Shown here: piece by piece, positions 18,532 to 27,588 of the stretch
Layout: the number at the start of each line of letters is the position of its first letter
Position numbering within the stretch: the stretch's first letter is position 1
IMG/VR virus record: IMGVR_UViG_3300008050_000030
Reading direction: 5' to 3' (one strand)
DNA: 64,000 nt
Source of the DNA: a virus
Program-made: the position numbers and the translations under genes
Notes under the pieces: model-generated
Told to the model about the DNA's origin: nothing
The model's input: only the letters and a program-made list of their open reading frames with translations
Databases searched by the model: none

Positions 18532-19611
18532 CTACGAGCTGATCTGGAAGAGGTCAGCCTGCTCGAAGGCGACGGACAGCTTCAGCAGCCCCGAACGGAC
18601 GTCCCGGGCCATGTCCTCTCCGATGTCCACGACGTACTTGCGGATGGCCCGAGAGACCTGCCGCGCCGTGCCCTCCGGCAGCCGCACCTCCGGGACCCGG
18701 CCGGACTCCGCGTGCCGGGCCAGCAGGGCGCTCAGGCGGTCCTCCAGCTCACGGAGTTCGACCCCCATCGGGGCCGTCTCCTGGATGACGTTCTCTCCTC
18801 GCGGGAGCTGTCGCCGGCGGATGCGGGTGCCGTTCTCGCGCTCCACATCGCCCCCGCCCCCGAGGCCGAGGCCCGAAGCGGTGCGCCGCGTCTTCTTCAT
18901 CTCGTTCATCTGGGCCTTGATGGCCGGGCGCCCGCCCTGCGTGGCGACGGCGATGGGGCGCCCTTGCTCCCGGGCCTGGCGCTTGGCCTCCTCCTTCATC
19001 TCCCAGGCCTCCTCGTAGGTCAGCGGGGTGTTGCCCTTGGAGAAGGCTCGGACGCTTCGCTCGAGCTCGTCGTGCACCGACAAGGCGCCCAGCGTGTCGC
19101 GCTGGGCGTAGGAGCGCAGGGAGTCTGCCGACCGAGGGCGGTCGCGGTCATCTGCAGCAAAGGCCGCGCCCACGCCGAGGAAGGCGTACCGGGCAGCGTC
19201 GGACATGTCACCGCTGAAGGGCCCCTGGGCGGGCATGTCCCGGCTCTTGCTGAACTTCAGCTCCCGCGTCGGCGAGGAGTCCTGGATGGCGAGGATCATG
19301 TCCGCGTCGAAGGGGTGGCTGGCGAAGCCGGCCGGCTTCGCCATCTCGCGCGCCGCCAGGAAGCGGTTGCGGGACTCCGCGGCCCGCACGTCTGCGGCCT
19401 GCAGCTCGTGCTCGTGGAAGATCTCCCGGTGGCTGCGGTCGGCCTGGACCCACCAGAAGCCCGGGAGGTCCGTGACCTCCGAGACGACCTTGCCCACGAT
19501 GGGCCCGGTACGCAGAGCTCCTCCCGTGGGGGAGCGGTTGCCGATCTTGAACTCGTAGTAGCTGCCCTTGGTGGGCGAGGTGGCGACGATGTCGCCGATG
19601 TGGGGGATCAT
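18532..19611 (-). CDS. hypothetical protein (359 aa)
   Basis: CGGAGACACCATG context; high GC3. Confidence 0.75.
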   Translation of the reverse strand: MIPHIGDIVATSPTKGSYYEFKIGNRSPTGGALRTGPIVGKVVSEVTDLPGFWWVQADRSHREIFHEHELQAADVRAAESRNRFLAAREMAKPAGFASHPFDADMILAIQDSSPTRELKFSKSRDMPAQGPFSGDMSDAARYAFLGVGAAFAADDRDRPRSADSLRSYAQRDTLGALSVHDELERSVRAFSKGNTPLTYEEAWEMKEEAKRQAREQGRPIAVATQGGRPAIKAQMNEMKKTRRTASGLGLGGGGDVERENGTRIRRRQLPRGENVIQETAPMGVELRELEDRLSALLARHAESGRVPEVRLPEGTARQVSRAIRKYVVDIGEDMARDVRSGLLKLSVAFEQADLFQISS

Positions 19612-19844
19612 GGTGTCTCCGAATCGCCGCGGTAGTTGGCGGCTTCACGTAGGGAGCCCTCCCAGGTCAGGAGGGCGAAGGGTCCGGCGCCCAGCAGGAA
19701 CTGCGGGCCGTCGTACCAGTCTTCTTGGAGGCCCCAGACCCACTCGGATCGGGGCAGGAGCAGGTGAAGGGCGAAGCCTCGCCAGCCGGCGCAGATCAGG
19801 CCGGCGTTCTTCTCGAGGCCGAAGGACAGGAGCCAGGCGCTCAT
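19608..19844 (-). CDS. hypothetical Trp-rich small protein
   Basis: ATGA overlaps on both sides. Confidence 0.5.
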   Translation of the reverse strand: MSAWLLSFGLEKNAGLICAGWRGFALHLLLPRSEWVWGLQEDWYDGPQFLLGAGPFALLTWEGSLREAANYRGDSETP

Positions 19845-20979
19845 GGGACTCTCGTGGCGGGGATGTAGGGGAGGGACTCGTCGTTGGGGCTCTGGTGCGC
19901 GGCGACCTCGGTCACCTTGATGGCGGTCCACTCGTCGTGGTGCCTCAGGTGCTTGCCGCGCTCCACCAAGAGCTCCTTCAGCTCGTCGTCGTAGTCATCG
20001 CCGGGCATGTAGATCTTGTAGCCTCGCGCCGTGTACTTCTCGTGGTCCTCTCGGGTGATCGGCAGCTTGCCGCGCTTGAAGTACACCCGCTCGTGGCGGG
20101 CGACGTCGAAGCGGTGGGAGTAGTGGCGCTTCACACGCCCCCCGCCCATCAGGTTCGGCATGCGCTCCTTGATCTCGGTCGTCTGCATCTTGACGATGTA
20201 GTAGGGCGGCGGGATGGGCCGCTTGATGCCCAGCTGCTTGCCGATCTTCTTCACCGCCATCCGGTAGGACAGGCGACGATCCCCCTCTTCGATGAAGGAG
20301 CGGTACTGCGTGAGCATCTCGGCGATGCAGGTCAAGATCCAGGGGTGCAGTGTCCTCGGCGTCGGCCACATCATTCGAGTGCGGCTGAAGACGGTGGCGT
20401 AGACCAAGCGGCGGGTGCCGTCGGCCTGCTGCACTCGGTAGATCACCCAGTAGTTGTCGTTGGTCGTGAGCACGGCGCCGAGGAGCTCGGCGCCCACGAG
20501 GCCGATCTGCTCGACCATCTCCCCGGGGAAGTAGACCGACATCTGCTCCGGCTTGAAGCGCATTCCCTGCCCGAAGGCGAGGAAGCACACGTCGAAGGGG
20601 AGCGCCTCGGCCGGCGGCAGAGCATGCCCCGCTTCCGTGGTCATCTCCGCGATCTTGGGCCCCTCCGCCAGGTCCTCGGGGGTGGGCGTCCTGGTGAGGT
20701 CGAGAGGCTTCCAGTCGAAGCCGCACAACTCCTCGGTGATCCATACGTCCGTGCCGTGGTGCAGCGTGATGTAGGTCTGCGGCTGGATGAGGAAGAGCTT
20801 GGCCTCCCGGAGCAGACGCCACAGCCGGCCCGCCTCGTCGTCCGTCTCCTGCTTCCAGCCTCGCCCAGCCCAGAGATCCACCGTCGCAGACCCCTTCTCC
20901 CCTCTCGCCAGCTGCAGCGCCAAGCGCTTGGTCTCCATGAACGTCTCGATGGCCTCGGCGAGGCCCTTCTCCAGCGCCA
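19841..20979 (-). CDS. hypothetical protein (379 aa)
   Basis: Start chosen at ATG 20979 with GGAGGT SD; the upstream part of the longer ORF would translate the operator palindrome. Confidence 0.7.
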
Positions 20980-20995
20980 TGCGTACCTCCGCAAC

Positions 20996-21017
20996 TCTCG
21001 CAAGTATACCTGCGAGA
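20996..21017. promoter_or_regulatory. 22-bp near-perfect palindrome (operator candidate)
   Basis: TCTCGCA-A-GTATAC-C-TGCGAGA; two symmetric mismatches. Confidence 0.5.
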
Positions 21018-21087
21018 TAAAGGTAACGATCTCCGCGTCCCCACAACTGCCAGTTGGCAGCGGGGGACGGAGAAGGTCGGGTTTTCG

Positions 21088-21392
21088 TTACTTCTGGACG
21101 GCCTGCACCTTCGCGCGGGCCAGCACCAGCGCGAAGTCCTCCTTGGGGTGGCGCTCCCAGAGCCACTCGGGCCACTGGTCGAGCCAGGGGAGGACGCGGT
21201 CGGCGAGGTCGGTGGCGGCGCGGGCTTCACCGCGCTCCCGGACGTCGTTCAGGATGTCGATGTCCTCCTGCGTGGGCAGGGGGTACTGGGCGTAGCGGAG
21301 CGCCATGCCCTTGAACCGGGCGGTGGCCTCCTCCTTGCCGTTGCGGAGGGTGAGAGCGAGCAGCAGGCAGCGGTAGTACAGCATCTTCAGCA
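21088..21392 (-). CDS. hypothetical Trp-rich protein (101 aa)
   Basis: GGGATAAGGGAGATGAAGGAGATCCACATG context. Confidence 0.6.
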
Positions 21393-21413
21393 TGTGGATC
21401 TCCTTCATCTCCC

Positions 21414-21686
21414 TTATCCCTCCGGCGGGGGCTCCTCGTTCGTCTCTTCGTTGCTGCGGCGGGCCACGTACAGGTTCACCGGCCACTCGGGGTGGGCGTC
21501 GGGGGTGTAGGCGGCGTAGGCGCTGTAGCCCTCGCCCTCCCCAGTCTCCACGATCTCGATCAGGGGGTAGCCCTTCACGACGAGGATGTACCCCTCGGCC
21601 CGGAAGATGGTGCCGGGCGGTGGGACGACGGGGTAGTTGAAGACGTGCGTGTGGCCGTCTTGGTCTTTGGCGTAGATGGTGAGCAT
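21414..21686 (-). CDS. hypothetical protein (90 aa)
   Basis: Very high GC3; start ATG after CTGATCTGGACTCCCGC. Confidence 0.6.
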   Translation of the reverse strand: MLTIYAKDQDGHTHVFNYPVVPPPGTIFRAEGYILVVKGYPLIEIVETGEGEGYSAYAAYTPDAHPEWPVNLYVARRSNEETNEEPPPEG

Positions 21687-22081
21687 GCGGGAGTCCAGAT
21701 CAGGGGGAAGGGCGCGCTGGCCCAGAGTTGCCGGGCGGTCCAGTCGTAGCACTGATCGCCGACGTAGTTGAACGCGTGCCAGCGCACGCACTCGCGAGCC
21801 TGGTAGACGTAGGGGAAGTCGTAGAAGTAGCCCGTGAAGTCGGGGCTGTGGGACTGCATCTCGATCACGATGACGCCGAAGGTGGGGCGCTCTCCCCAAC
21901 CGTGCTCATCGAACCACGCTCGCTCCTCTTCGGTCTCGCACACCACGCCCTCGCGCAGCAGGAAGTCCATGAACTCTCCACTGGCTTCGACGCAGGCATT
22001 GGAGGCCTCGAAGGGGCTGCGATAGATGCTGCCGGCGCCGTTGGCGAAGGTGGTGACGGCCTCGTCCAATGTCATGGGCAC
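21575..22081 (-). CDS. hypothetical protein; true 3' end uncertain (GC3 decays after about 21690)
   Basis: GAGGAGG SD; GGGCATAAGG upstream; tail overlaps the next gene in its -1 frame. Confidence 0.55.
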   Translation of the reverse strand: MPMTLDEAVTTFANGAGSIYRSPFEASNACVEASGEFMDFLLREGVVCETEEERAWFDEHGWGERPTFGVIVIEMQSHSPDFTGYFYDFPYVYQARECVRWHAFNYVGDQCYDWTARQLWASAPFPLIWTPACSPSTPKTKTATRTSSTTPSSHRPAPSSGPRGTSSS

Positions 22082-22167
22082 CTCCTCGGATCACCTGCCT
22101 TATGCCCTGCAGATCGCTAAGGTTGCGACGCCCGAAGGCGTCGCAGGTGGAAGGTGGTGCCGAGGCT

Positions 22168-22446
22168 CTACGCCTCGGCGGTGGGGGCCGTGCCCCAGCC
22201 CGTCATCATGACGGGACGGTCGGGGCGCGGCATCGCCTTCATCGTCCGGGCCCGCAGCGACGCCGTCCGGGCGTCGAGCTCGGCGGCCTTTTCGTTGTGG
22301 AACCGCACCAGCGGTTCCACGGCCAGGGGCCCGAGCCGCTTGCGCTGCTCGACGATCCGTGCGTTGAAGCGGGCCAGCTTCTCGGTCTCTCGGAGGATGT
22401 CCTCCGCTTCGGCTTCGAGGGCTGCCAGGTCGGGGGGAAGTGCCAT
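22168..22446 (-). CDS. small coiled-coil protein
   Basis: Full cassette GGGATAAGAGAAGTAGACCACCAACCCTGGAGAAAGATCATG. Confidence 0.6.
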   Translation of the reverse strand: MALPPDLAALEAEAEDILRETEKLARFNARIVEQRKRLGPLAVEPLVRFHNEKAAELDARTASLRARTMKAMPRPDRPVMMTGWGTAPTAEA

Positions 22447-22486
22447 GATCTTTCTCCAGGGTTGGTGGTCTACTTCTCTTATCCCT
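22447..22486 (-). promoter_or_regulatory. start-associated cassette
   Basis: GGGATAAGAGAAGTAGACCACCAACCCTGGAGAAAGATCATG. Confidence 0.6.
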
Positions 22487-22515
22487 CGACCAGATCTACG
22501 AGTTGCGCCCCGCAC

Positions 22516-22878
22516 TCATTCCACAGGTTTCCACACTCCCATGTGCAGCTGGAACTGCCCCGTCTCGACGACCCCGAAGAGCAGGTCGCCGTGCTCCTCG
22601 AGCAGGTCTTCGACTCGTCCTTCGAGCTGGCCCCGAGTCAGGGCCGGCTCGCCCGGCCCCCCGAACCCGCTGCTGTCGCAGAAGAGGGTGTCGATTCGCT
22701 CGTGCTTCTCGTCGACGTCGTCGGCGCTGTCGCCGAGGTTCGGGAAGCCGCCGAGCTTGGCGACATCGGTCAGGCTGAAGAACGAGGAGGGGCTCAGGCG
22801 CAGGGGCTGCTTGCCTTCCTCTCGCGCCTTGTCCCCGGCCTCCCGGTTCAGCTCGTTGATCGTCTCAAGTCCCCACAT
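22516..22878 (-). CDS. hypothetical acidic protein (120 aa)
   Basis: AAGGAGTGACACGATG context; high GC3. Confidence 0.65.
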   Translation of the reverse strand: MWGLETINELNREAGDKAREEGKQPLRLSPSSFFSLTDVAKLGGFPNLGDSADDVDEKHERIDTLFCDSSGFGGPGEPALTRGQLEGRVEDLLEEHGDLLFGVVETGQFQLHMGVWKPVE

Positions 22879-22882
22879 CGTG

Positions 22883-23275
22883 TCACTCCTTGATCTTGTT
22901 CCAGCGCTTCACCGTTCGGGTGAATTGGCGCCACAGGGTGTCTCCGGGCCGTACCTTGTCCCGGGCCTGGCCCTCATCCGAGGTCTCCGCCCACAGCTCG
23001 TCGTCGGGGCCCAGCACCTGCCACCACCGTCCCGGGTCGGGCAGGGGAAGGAACCAGGCGATGGCCTCCTCCATGGCGGCATCGAACTCCTCGCGGGTCG
23101 GGTAGACCCCGTGGTTGGTGCCGCGCTTGCCGCTGCGGCTCGTGGTCGTGTAGCTGCCGCTCACCTTGTCGCCCCGCAACGACCAGCTCTCGTCGCCCTC
23201 GAAGCGGACGGCGACGAAGTCGGCGGTGCAGGTGAAGCCGATGACTCGGCCCCCGGCCTTGCCTCGAACAGTCAT
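22883..23275 (-). CDS. hypothetical protein (130 aa)
   Basis: CTGGAGAGATCATG context. Confidence 0.6.
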   Translation of the reverse strand: MTVRGKAGGRVIGFTCTADFVAVRFEGDESWSLRGDKVSGSYTTTSRSGKRGTNHGVYPTREEFDAAMEEAIAWFLPLPDPGRWWQVLGPDDELWAETSDEGQARDKVRPGDTLWRQFTRTVKRWNKIKE

Positions 23276-23526
23276 GATCTCTCCAGTTCCCACTGCCAGT
23301 GCTTGAGGATGTCGGGCAGGCGCTTCAGGGAGTAGAACGGCGGATGGGCGTAGTCGGACGCGCTGGGCTCGACCCAGTGACCGCCGGAGAAGACGACCGA
23401 GGTGATGCGTACCTCGGTCGTCTCGCCGTCTTCGTCCTCCCAGATGACGACGGTCCAGTCCTCTTCAGGCTGCGCCTCCATCTTCGCCAGCTTCTTCTTG
23501 CCGATGGGCTTCAGCTTCGGGCTCAC
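23272..23526 (-). CDS. hypothetical protein (84 aa)
   Basis: GTG after AAGGGGGTG; ATGA-coupled downstream. Confidence 0.6.
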   Translation of the reverse strand: MSPKLKPIGKKKLAKMEAQPEEDWTVVIWEDEDGETTEVRITSVVFSGGHWVEPSASDYAHPPFYSLKRLPDILKHWQWELERS

Positions 23527-23891
23527 GACACCCCCTTCGCACGTTCCTGTGCGCGTTGCAGGTGGGCGGAGGTGATGACGGAGACCACGAACAGTTCGTG
23601 ATCGACCTCCATCAGCAGTTCCTTGCAGTAGTACCGGCTGCGCACGGCGTGCCGGGTCTTCCGTGCGCAGACGGGGTCATCGCCGTGGGCGCAGTCGACG
23701 ACGCAGTCGGAGTAGCGGTCAGCGTCCAGCTCTTCGGTGACGTCGAGGATCAGCTCGTAGCCCTGCACGGTGGAGACGAGGAGCCTCTGGCCCACCGCGG
23801 AGTGCGCGAACCCGTGCAAGGTCACGTCCTTGAGGTCCACGACGTCGCCGCCGAGGCGGGCTTCCAGCACTTTGGGAACGATCACGTCCAT
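23523..23891 (-). CDS. hypothetical protein (122 aa)
   Basis: GAGAAGGG SD; high GC3. Confidence 0.65.
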   Translation of the reverse strand: MDVIVPKVLEARLGGDVVDLKDVTLHGFAHSAVGQRLLVSTVQGYELILDVTEELDADRYSDCVVDCAHGDDPVCARKTRHAVRSRYYCKELLMEVDHELFVVSVITSAHLQRAQERAKGVS

Positions 23892-24274
23892 CCCTTCTCG
23901 AGCTTGATGCTCTTCTCGGCGAGGAGCACGTCGGCACGTCCGTAGCTCATGTCCATGACGAAGAGCATCAGGAGCTGGGCCAGCTCGGCCCCGTTCTCGG
24001 CGACTCGCAGGGACTGGAGCATGTGGTCGTACTTCCCCTTGTCCTGGGCCTGGTCGCGCAGCCGCCGGAAGGGCAGCCGTGCGGTGTGGGCCTCGTCCCG
24101 GAACACGGTGTCGGACAGCCCCCAGCTGTGCGCGAGGTTGCGCACGGTCTCGGGAAGCTGCTCGAAGCGGGCCCGAAGGTCCTCAGGCGAGAGCTTCTCG
24201 TCGGGGCCGACCACGGTGTCGTGGAAGGCGTTCACTCCGCCGCGATCGGCGAAGAGTTCATCGGTGGTCTGCAT
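23882..24274 (-). CDS. hypothetical protein (130 aa)
   Basis: TGATG coupling to upstream gene. Confidence 0.65.
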   Translation of the reverse strand: MQTTDELFADRGGVNAFHDTVVGPDEKLSPEDLRARFEQLPETVRNLAHSWGLSDTVFRDEAHTARLPFRRLRDQAQDKGKYDHMLQSLRVAENGAELAQLLMLFVMDMSYGRADVLLAEKSIKLEKGWT

Positions 24275-24801
24275 CAGGCGTGGTCCACGAAGAAGCGCGG
24301 CAGCCGCTCAGCGGGCTCCGGCTCTTCTTGATTCGGGGTGTCGGCGACGTCGGCGTAGGGGGTGATGTAGAGCGAGTAGTCCTTCATCCGCTTGCCTCCT
24401 CCCAGGTCGATGTAGCCGTTCCAGGTGACCCGGACGGGGTCGCTGGGACCGACCTGCGAGGCATCGATGAGCTGGATGAGCTTCACCCCGGAGAGGGTGA
24501 AGGCGCCGACGCCGGGGACGATGATGAGCGCCACCTCGTAGGGGCCGTACTGCCCCTGGTACAGCGTCCGCCCGGCGTAGTAGCCGGCCAGCTCGCTGCC
24601 CTCCACCTCTGGGCGCCACCGCTGAGGCGCCCGGACCTGCTTCCAGTCGTAGCGCTCCAGGATGTCGTCGCCGACCACCTCAGGCCGCGGACGGCTCTTG
24701 AGGCACTCGAAGCAGGTCACCTTGGCCCAGTCCCTGGTGGAGTCGACGTCCTCCTCGGTGCAGTTGGGGGCTTCGGCGGAGCTGTACCAGTGCGTGATCA
24801 T
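24274..24801 (-). CDS. hypothetical protein (175 aa)
   Basis: GGAGGAGCGAGGATG context. Confidence 0.6.
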   Translation of the reverse strand: MITHWYSSAEAPNCTEEDVDSTRDWAKVTCFECLKSRPRPEVVGDDILERYDWKQVRAPQRWRPEVEGSELAGYYAGRTLYQGQYGPYEVALIIVPGVGAFTLSGVKLIQLIDASQVGPSDPVRVTWNGYIDLGGGKRMKDYSLYITPYADVADTPNQEEPEPAERLPRFFVDHA

Positions 24802-25199
24802 CCTCGCTCCTCCGGCTTGGCGCGCAGGCAGTCGGCGCAGGTGACCTCGGCCCACACCCCAGTGGTGTAGTCGTCGTCGCCTGCGCCGACGCAGTTCTTG
24901 GTGTCGGTGTGCCAGTGCGTCACGGCCCCGGCCTGGACCGGACCGACACCGACGTGCCCGACGAAGCCGCACTTGCACAGGAAGAAGGACGGGCCCTCGT
25001 AGTCGGCCTCCTGGGGGGCGAGCAGGACCACCCGGCTGTGGCAGCCGGGGCAGGTGCTCGACTCCATCTCGGTGACGATGTACGGGCTGGCTTCCGCCCG
25101 CTCGATCGACTCGACCTTCATGGTCAGCTCGAGCTTGATGCCGATGTCGCCGTCATCGTCGATGCCGACGAGGCAGCGGGGGCAGGTGAGATCACTCAT
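24798..25199 (-). CDS. zinc-binding protein with four CxxC pairs
   Basis: CPRC...CPGC...CKC...CADC; GGAGGG SD. Confidence 0.65.
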   Translation of the reverse strand: MSDLTCPRCLVGIDDDGDIGIKLELTMKVESIERAEASPYIVTEMESSTCPGCHSRVVLLAPQEADYEGPSFFLCKCGFVGHVGVGPVQAGAVTHWHTDTKNCVGAGDDDYTTGVWAEVTCADCLRAKPEERG

Positions 25200-25432
25200 G
25201 ATCAGGCTCCCTCCTGAGGATAGCTCCCTCCTCCATGGTGTCCCCGTGCTTGGGGGTGCCGAACTGGGTGATCTTGTTGTGGTGCGGGATCCTCTGCACG
25301 GCTCGAATCCCTCTGGCCGCGTAGGCTTGCCACGGTCCCCAGCTCTTGTCGGGGCGTCGCCGACGCCCCCACCTCTGGCCGCGAGTGAGGGCGCGGAGGG
25401 TGTCGCCCTCCTTGTAGACGGGACGCATGGCT
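25192..25432 (-). CDS. hypothetical basic protein (80 aa)
   Basis: GAGGAGTAGCCATG context. Confidence 0.5.
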
Positions 25433-25499
25433 ACTCCTCGGATTGAAAATGGGCCACACCGCTCGTAGAAGCTGGTGTGGCGGTCCGGCATGTCGGTGT

Positions 25500-25826
25500 T
25501 CAGCAAGTTGAGGATGTCCTGCATCCCCTCGGGCGCCCCCTCAAGGGCACGGGGTGCTTGCCCATGCAGAGCTCGCACACCGTGACCGTGGTGGTCAAGA
25601 ACACCGTCGTCAGCTCTTCGTCCGGGCCCAGAACCCGTGCCAGCGCGGCCTCGCCCCCGAGCATCATCGTCAGTCCCTGCTGGCGGTTCAGGGCGTCCGA
25701 CTTCACCCCGTGCCGCTCCAGCGTCATCCTCCAGAAGAGCGGGAGGCCGCCGGCGCCGATGGGCTTGTCGCACAGCTTGCAGATCGCAGCCGCCCGCAGC
25801 GCATCCTCACGCATGGGGCCCGCCAT
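25500..25826 (-). CDS. hypothetical Cys-containing protein
   Basis: TGATG coupled to upstream gene. Confidence 0.5.
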   Translation of the reverse strand: MAGPMREDALRAAAICKLCDKPIGAGGLPLFWRMTLERHGVKSDALNRQQGLTMMLGGEAALARVLGPDEELTTVFLTTTVTVCELCMGKHPVPLRGRPRGCRTSSTC

Positions 25827-26167
25827 CAGAGGTCCCGCAGCTTGATGTGGAAGGCGCCGGTCTCCTCGCGGAGGAAGAGGCGACGTTGGACGTACCAGAT
25901 CTCCTTGAACTCGGGGTAGCCCGGGTCGATGGGGAAGAGGGACAGGGAGACGAGGACCGTGACGGTCTCGACGTCGATGTCGTCGAAGCTGAGGTCCCGC
26001 ACGATCTCGAGGTCCAGCTCGCCGTCGATCGGGTCGATGCTGATGCGGACCGAGGTGACGTCGCCGTCGACGATGGCGTAGGCGAAGAAGTCCCCCATGT
26101 CGTCGACGAAGTAGCCCCACTCCATCGAGCGCAGGTAGGCGCACAGGCTGTTGATGTCGTCGCCCAT
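25826..26167 (-). CDS. hypothetical acidic protein (113 aa)
   Basis: GAAGGAGG SD; high GC3. Confidence 0.6.
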   Translation of the reverse strand: MGDDINSLCAYLRSMEWGYFVDDMGDFFAYAIVDGDVTSVRISIDPIDGELDLEIVRDLSFDDIDVETVTVLVSLSLFPIDPGYPEFKEIWYVQRRLFLREETGAFHIKLRDL

Positions 26168-26496
26168 CACGCACCTCCTTCGGCGGCCACGGCCTTGGAG
26201 TAGAGCGCGGTCAGCGAGGGGATGGGGGCGAGCCTCTTCCAGCGCTCCCCGATCCAGCCGTAGAAGAGGTCCCCGCTGTAGAGGATGTCGCCTCCACGGG
26301 GCCGCAACCCCTCCTGCAGGGCCCCCTCGGACTCGTTGAGCCAGCGCACGGCGAAGTCGTGGTCGGCGCGGTGTCCCGCGGGCACGGAACGGGTGAGGTT
26401 GACGCGGCTGTCCGGGGGAACGCCGGCGTTGGAGTCGGTGACGAAGAAGACGGTGCGCAGGTGGTCACCGTTGCGGAAGAGGCGGATGCGGTGCAT
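26167..26496 (-). CDS. hypothetical protein (109 aa)
   Basis: CCTGGAGATCTTCAATG context. Confidence 0.55.
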   Translation of the reverse strand: MHRIRLFRNGDHLRTVFFVTDSNAGVPPDSRVNLTRSVPAGHRADHDFAVRWLNESEGALQEGLRPRGGDILYSGDLFYGWIGERWKRLAPIPSLTALYSKAVAAEGGA

Positions 26497-26719
26497 TGAA
26501 GATCTCCAGGTCGGTCCACGACTGCCCGAGGCAGTGGTGCATGGTGGCGATGAAGGAGGTGCCGAGGCCCAGCTGGGCCTCCAGCCACTCCTGCGAGACG
26601 GCGTTGTCGTTGAAGCGGCAGGGGAATCCGCGAGAAGCGCAGTGCCCCAAGACGTGGGCAGGGAGTTCGACGAGCCGGCGCTGGCGCGTCTCGAAGATCT
26701 TGCCGGGTGCGCGAGGCAT
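26465..26719 (-). CDS. hypothetical Cys/His small protein
   Basis: Cassette GGGATAAGGGGCGTAGACCACCAACCCGGAGAACCAATG. Confidence 0.5.
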   Translation of the reverse strand: MPRAPGKIFETRQRRLVELPAHVLGHCASRGFPCRFNDNAVSQEWLEAQLGLGTSFIATMHHCLGQSWTDLEIFNAPHPPLPQR

Positions 26720-26995
26720 TGGTTCTCCGGGTTGGTGGTCTACGCCCCTTATCCCTCCCTCCAACTCTCAGTTGACGCTAAGGAGGGGCGCCACTCCCTC
26801 GACTGTCCCGGCGCACTCGCAACGGGACCAACACGAACTTCATGATCTTTGTCTCCAGGGGTGCGGTTGCCTTATCCCGCTGCGCACGCATGAAGGTGCA
26901 GGGGAGCGACCCTGGTGAAGGATCCCACGGGGAGGGTGTAGGGAGAGAGAGAGAGGGAGGGAGAGCAATGCTCGGGAGCCGGGATCTTGTCGAAC

Positions 26996-27011
26996 ACAAC
27001 TGCGCAGTTGT
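26996..27011. promoter_or_regulatory. perfect 16-bp palindrome ACAACTGCGCAGTTGT
   Basis: Longest version of the recurring CAACTG/CAGTTG half-sites. Confidence 0.55.
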
Positions 27012-27124
27012 CATTCGGCAGAGGCCGTGCGTCCTCCCAGAGAAACAGCAACACCTAGTTGCTCAACAGGGAACTGCGCAAGCGGTCCGAAATCTACGAC
27101 AACCGAGTGTCCTACGCTAAGCGA

Positions 27125-27153
27125 GACCCTCCCCCCAGCGTAGGGGAGAGGGT
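27125..27153. terminator. GC-rich hairpin
   Basis: GACCCTCCCC-CCAGCGTA-GGGGAGAGGGTC, preceded by GCTAAG. Confidence 0.55.
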
Positions 27154-27187
27154 CTGCTTCCAGAGTGCCACGCGGCGACCCCTGGAA

Positions 27188-27205
27188 GAGCGCCGCGCGG
27201 CGCTC
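27188..27205. terminator. perfect palindromic hairpin GAGCGCCGCGCGGCGCTC
   Basis: 18-bp self-complementary sequence just after the stop of the 27205..27405 gene. Confidence 0.55.
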
Positions 27206-27405
27206 TAGTTCGAGGTGTCGGGCTCCTCGGCCTTGGGGGCCTCGGCCTCCTCGGCCTTGGAGAACTTGCCCTTGATCCAGGTGACGGCCTTGCCACCGGT
27301 GCGGGACCAGATCGGCATGGCGGCGACGCCGCTCAGGAAGGTGAGGGCCAGCACGAGGGCGAGCTTGACGAGGGACTGGGCGGTGAAGCGGGCGATGGTC
27401 TTCAT
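27205..27405 (-). CDS. small single-pass membrane protein (MKTIA-family paralog)
   Basis: MKTIARFTAQSLVKLALVLALTF; full promoter cassette upstream. Confidence 0.55.
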   Translation of the reverse strand: MKTIARFTAQSLVKLALVLALTFLSGVAAMPIWSRTGGKAVTWIKGKFSKAEEAEAPKAEEPDTSN

Positions 27406-27588
27406 GATCTTGACTCCAGGGGTTGGTAGGAACGCGTCGCAGAGAGCACTTGCTTCCTGGACACTTCTCTTATCCCCCCGTAGAGGGCTGATTTCACGAG
27501 ATCCGTATATCTCTGCGGCTATCTCAATTCCTGGGCGAGGGGCCTTCATGAGGTAACTGTGTAGTGGCCGCCGATTCAGGGCCCGGAT

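Larger units (their letters stand above)
26880..27200. other. 320-bp non-coding hub with reduced GC
   Basis: No frame has coding GC3; purine tract GAGAGAGAGAGAGGGAGGGAGAG; 16-bp perfect palindrome ACAACTGCGCAGTTGT; two hairpins at the 5' end. Confidence 0.6.

Noticed and set aside
26842-27120. 92-aa + ORF across the non-coding hub
   Set aside because: Low GC3, and it runs antisense through a promoter motif and a palindrome. The region is interpreted as non-coding.
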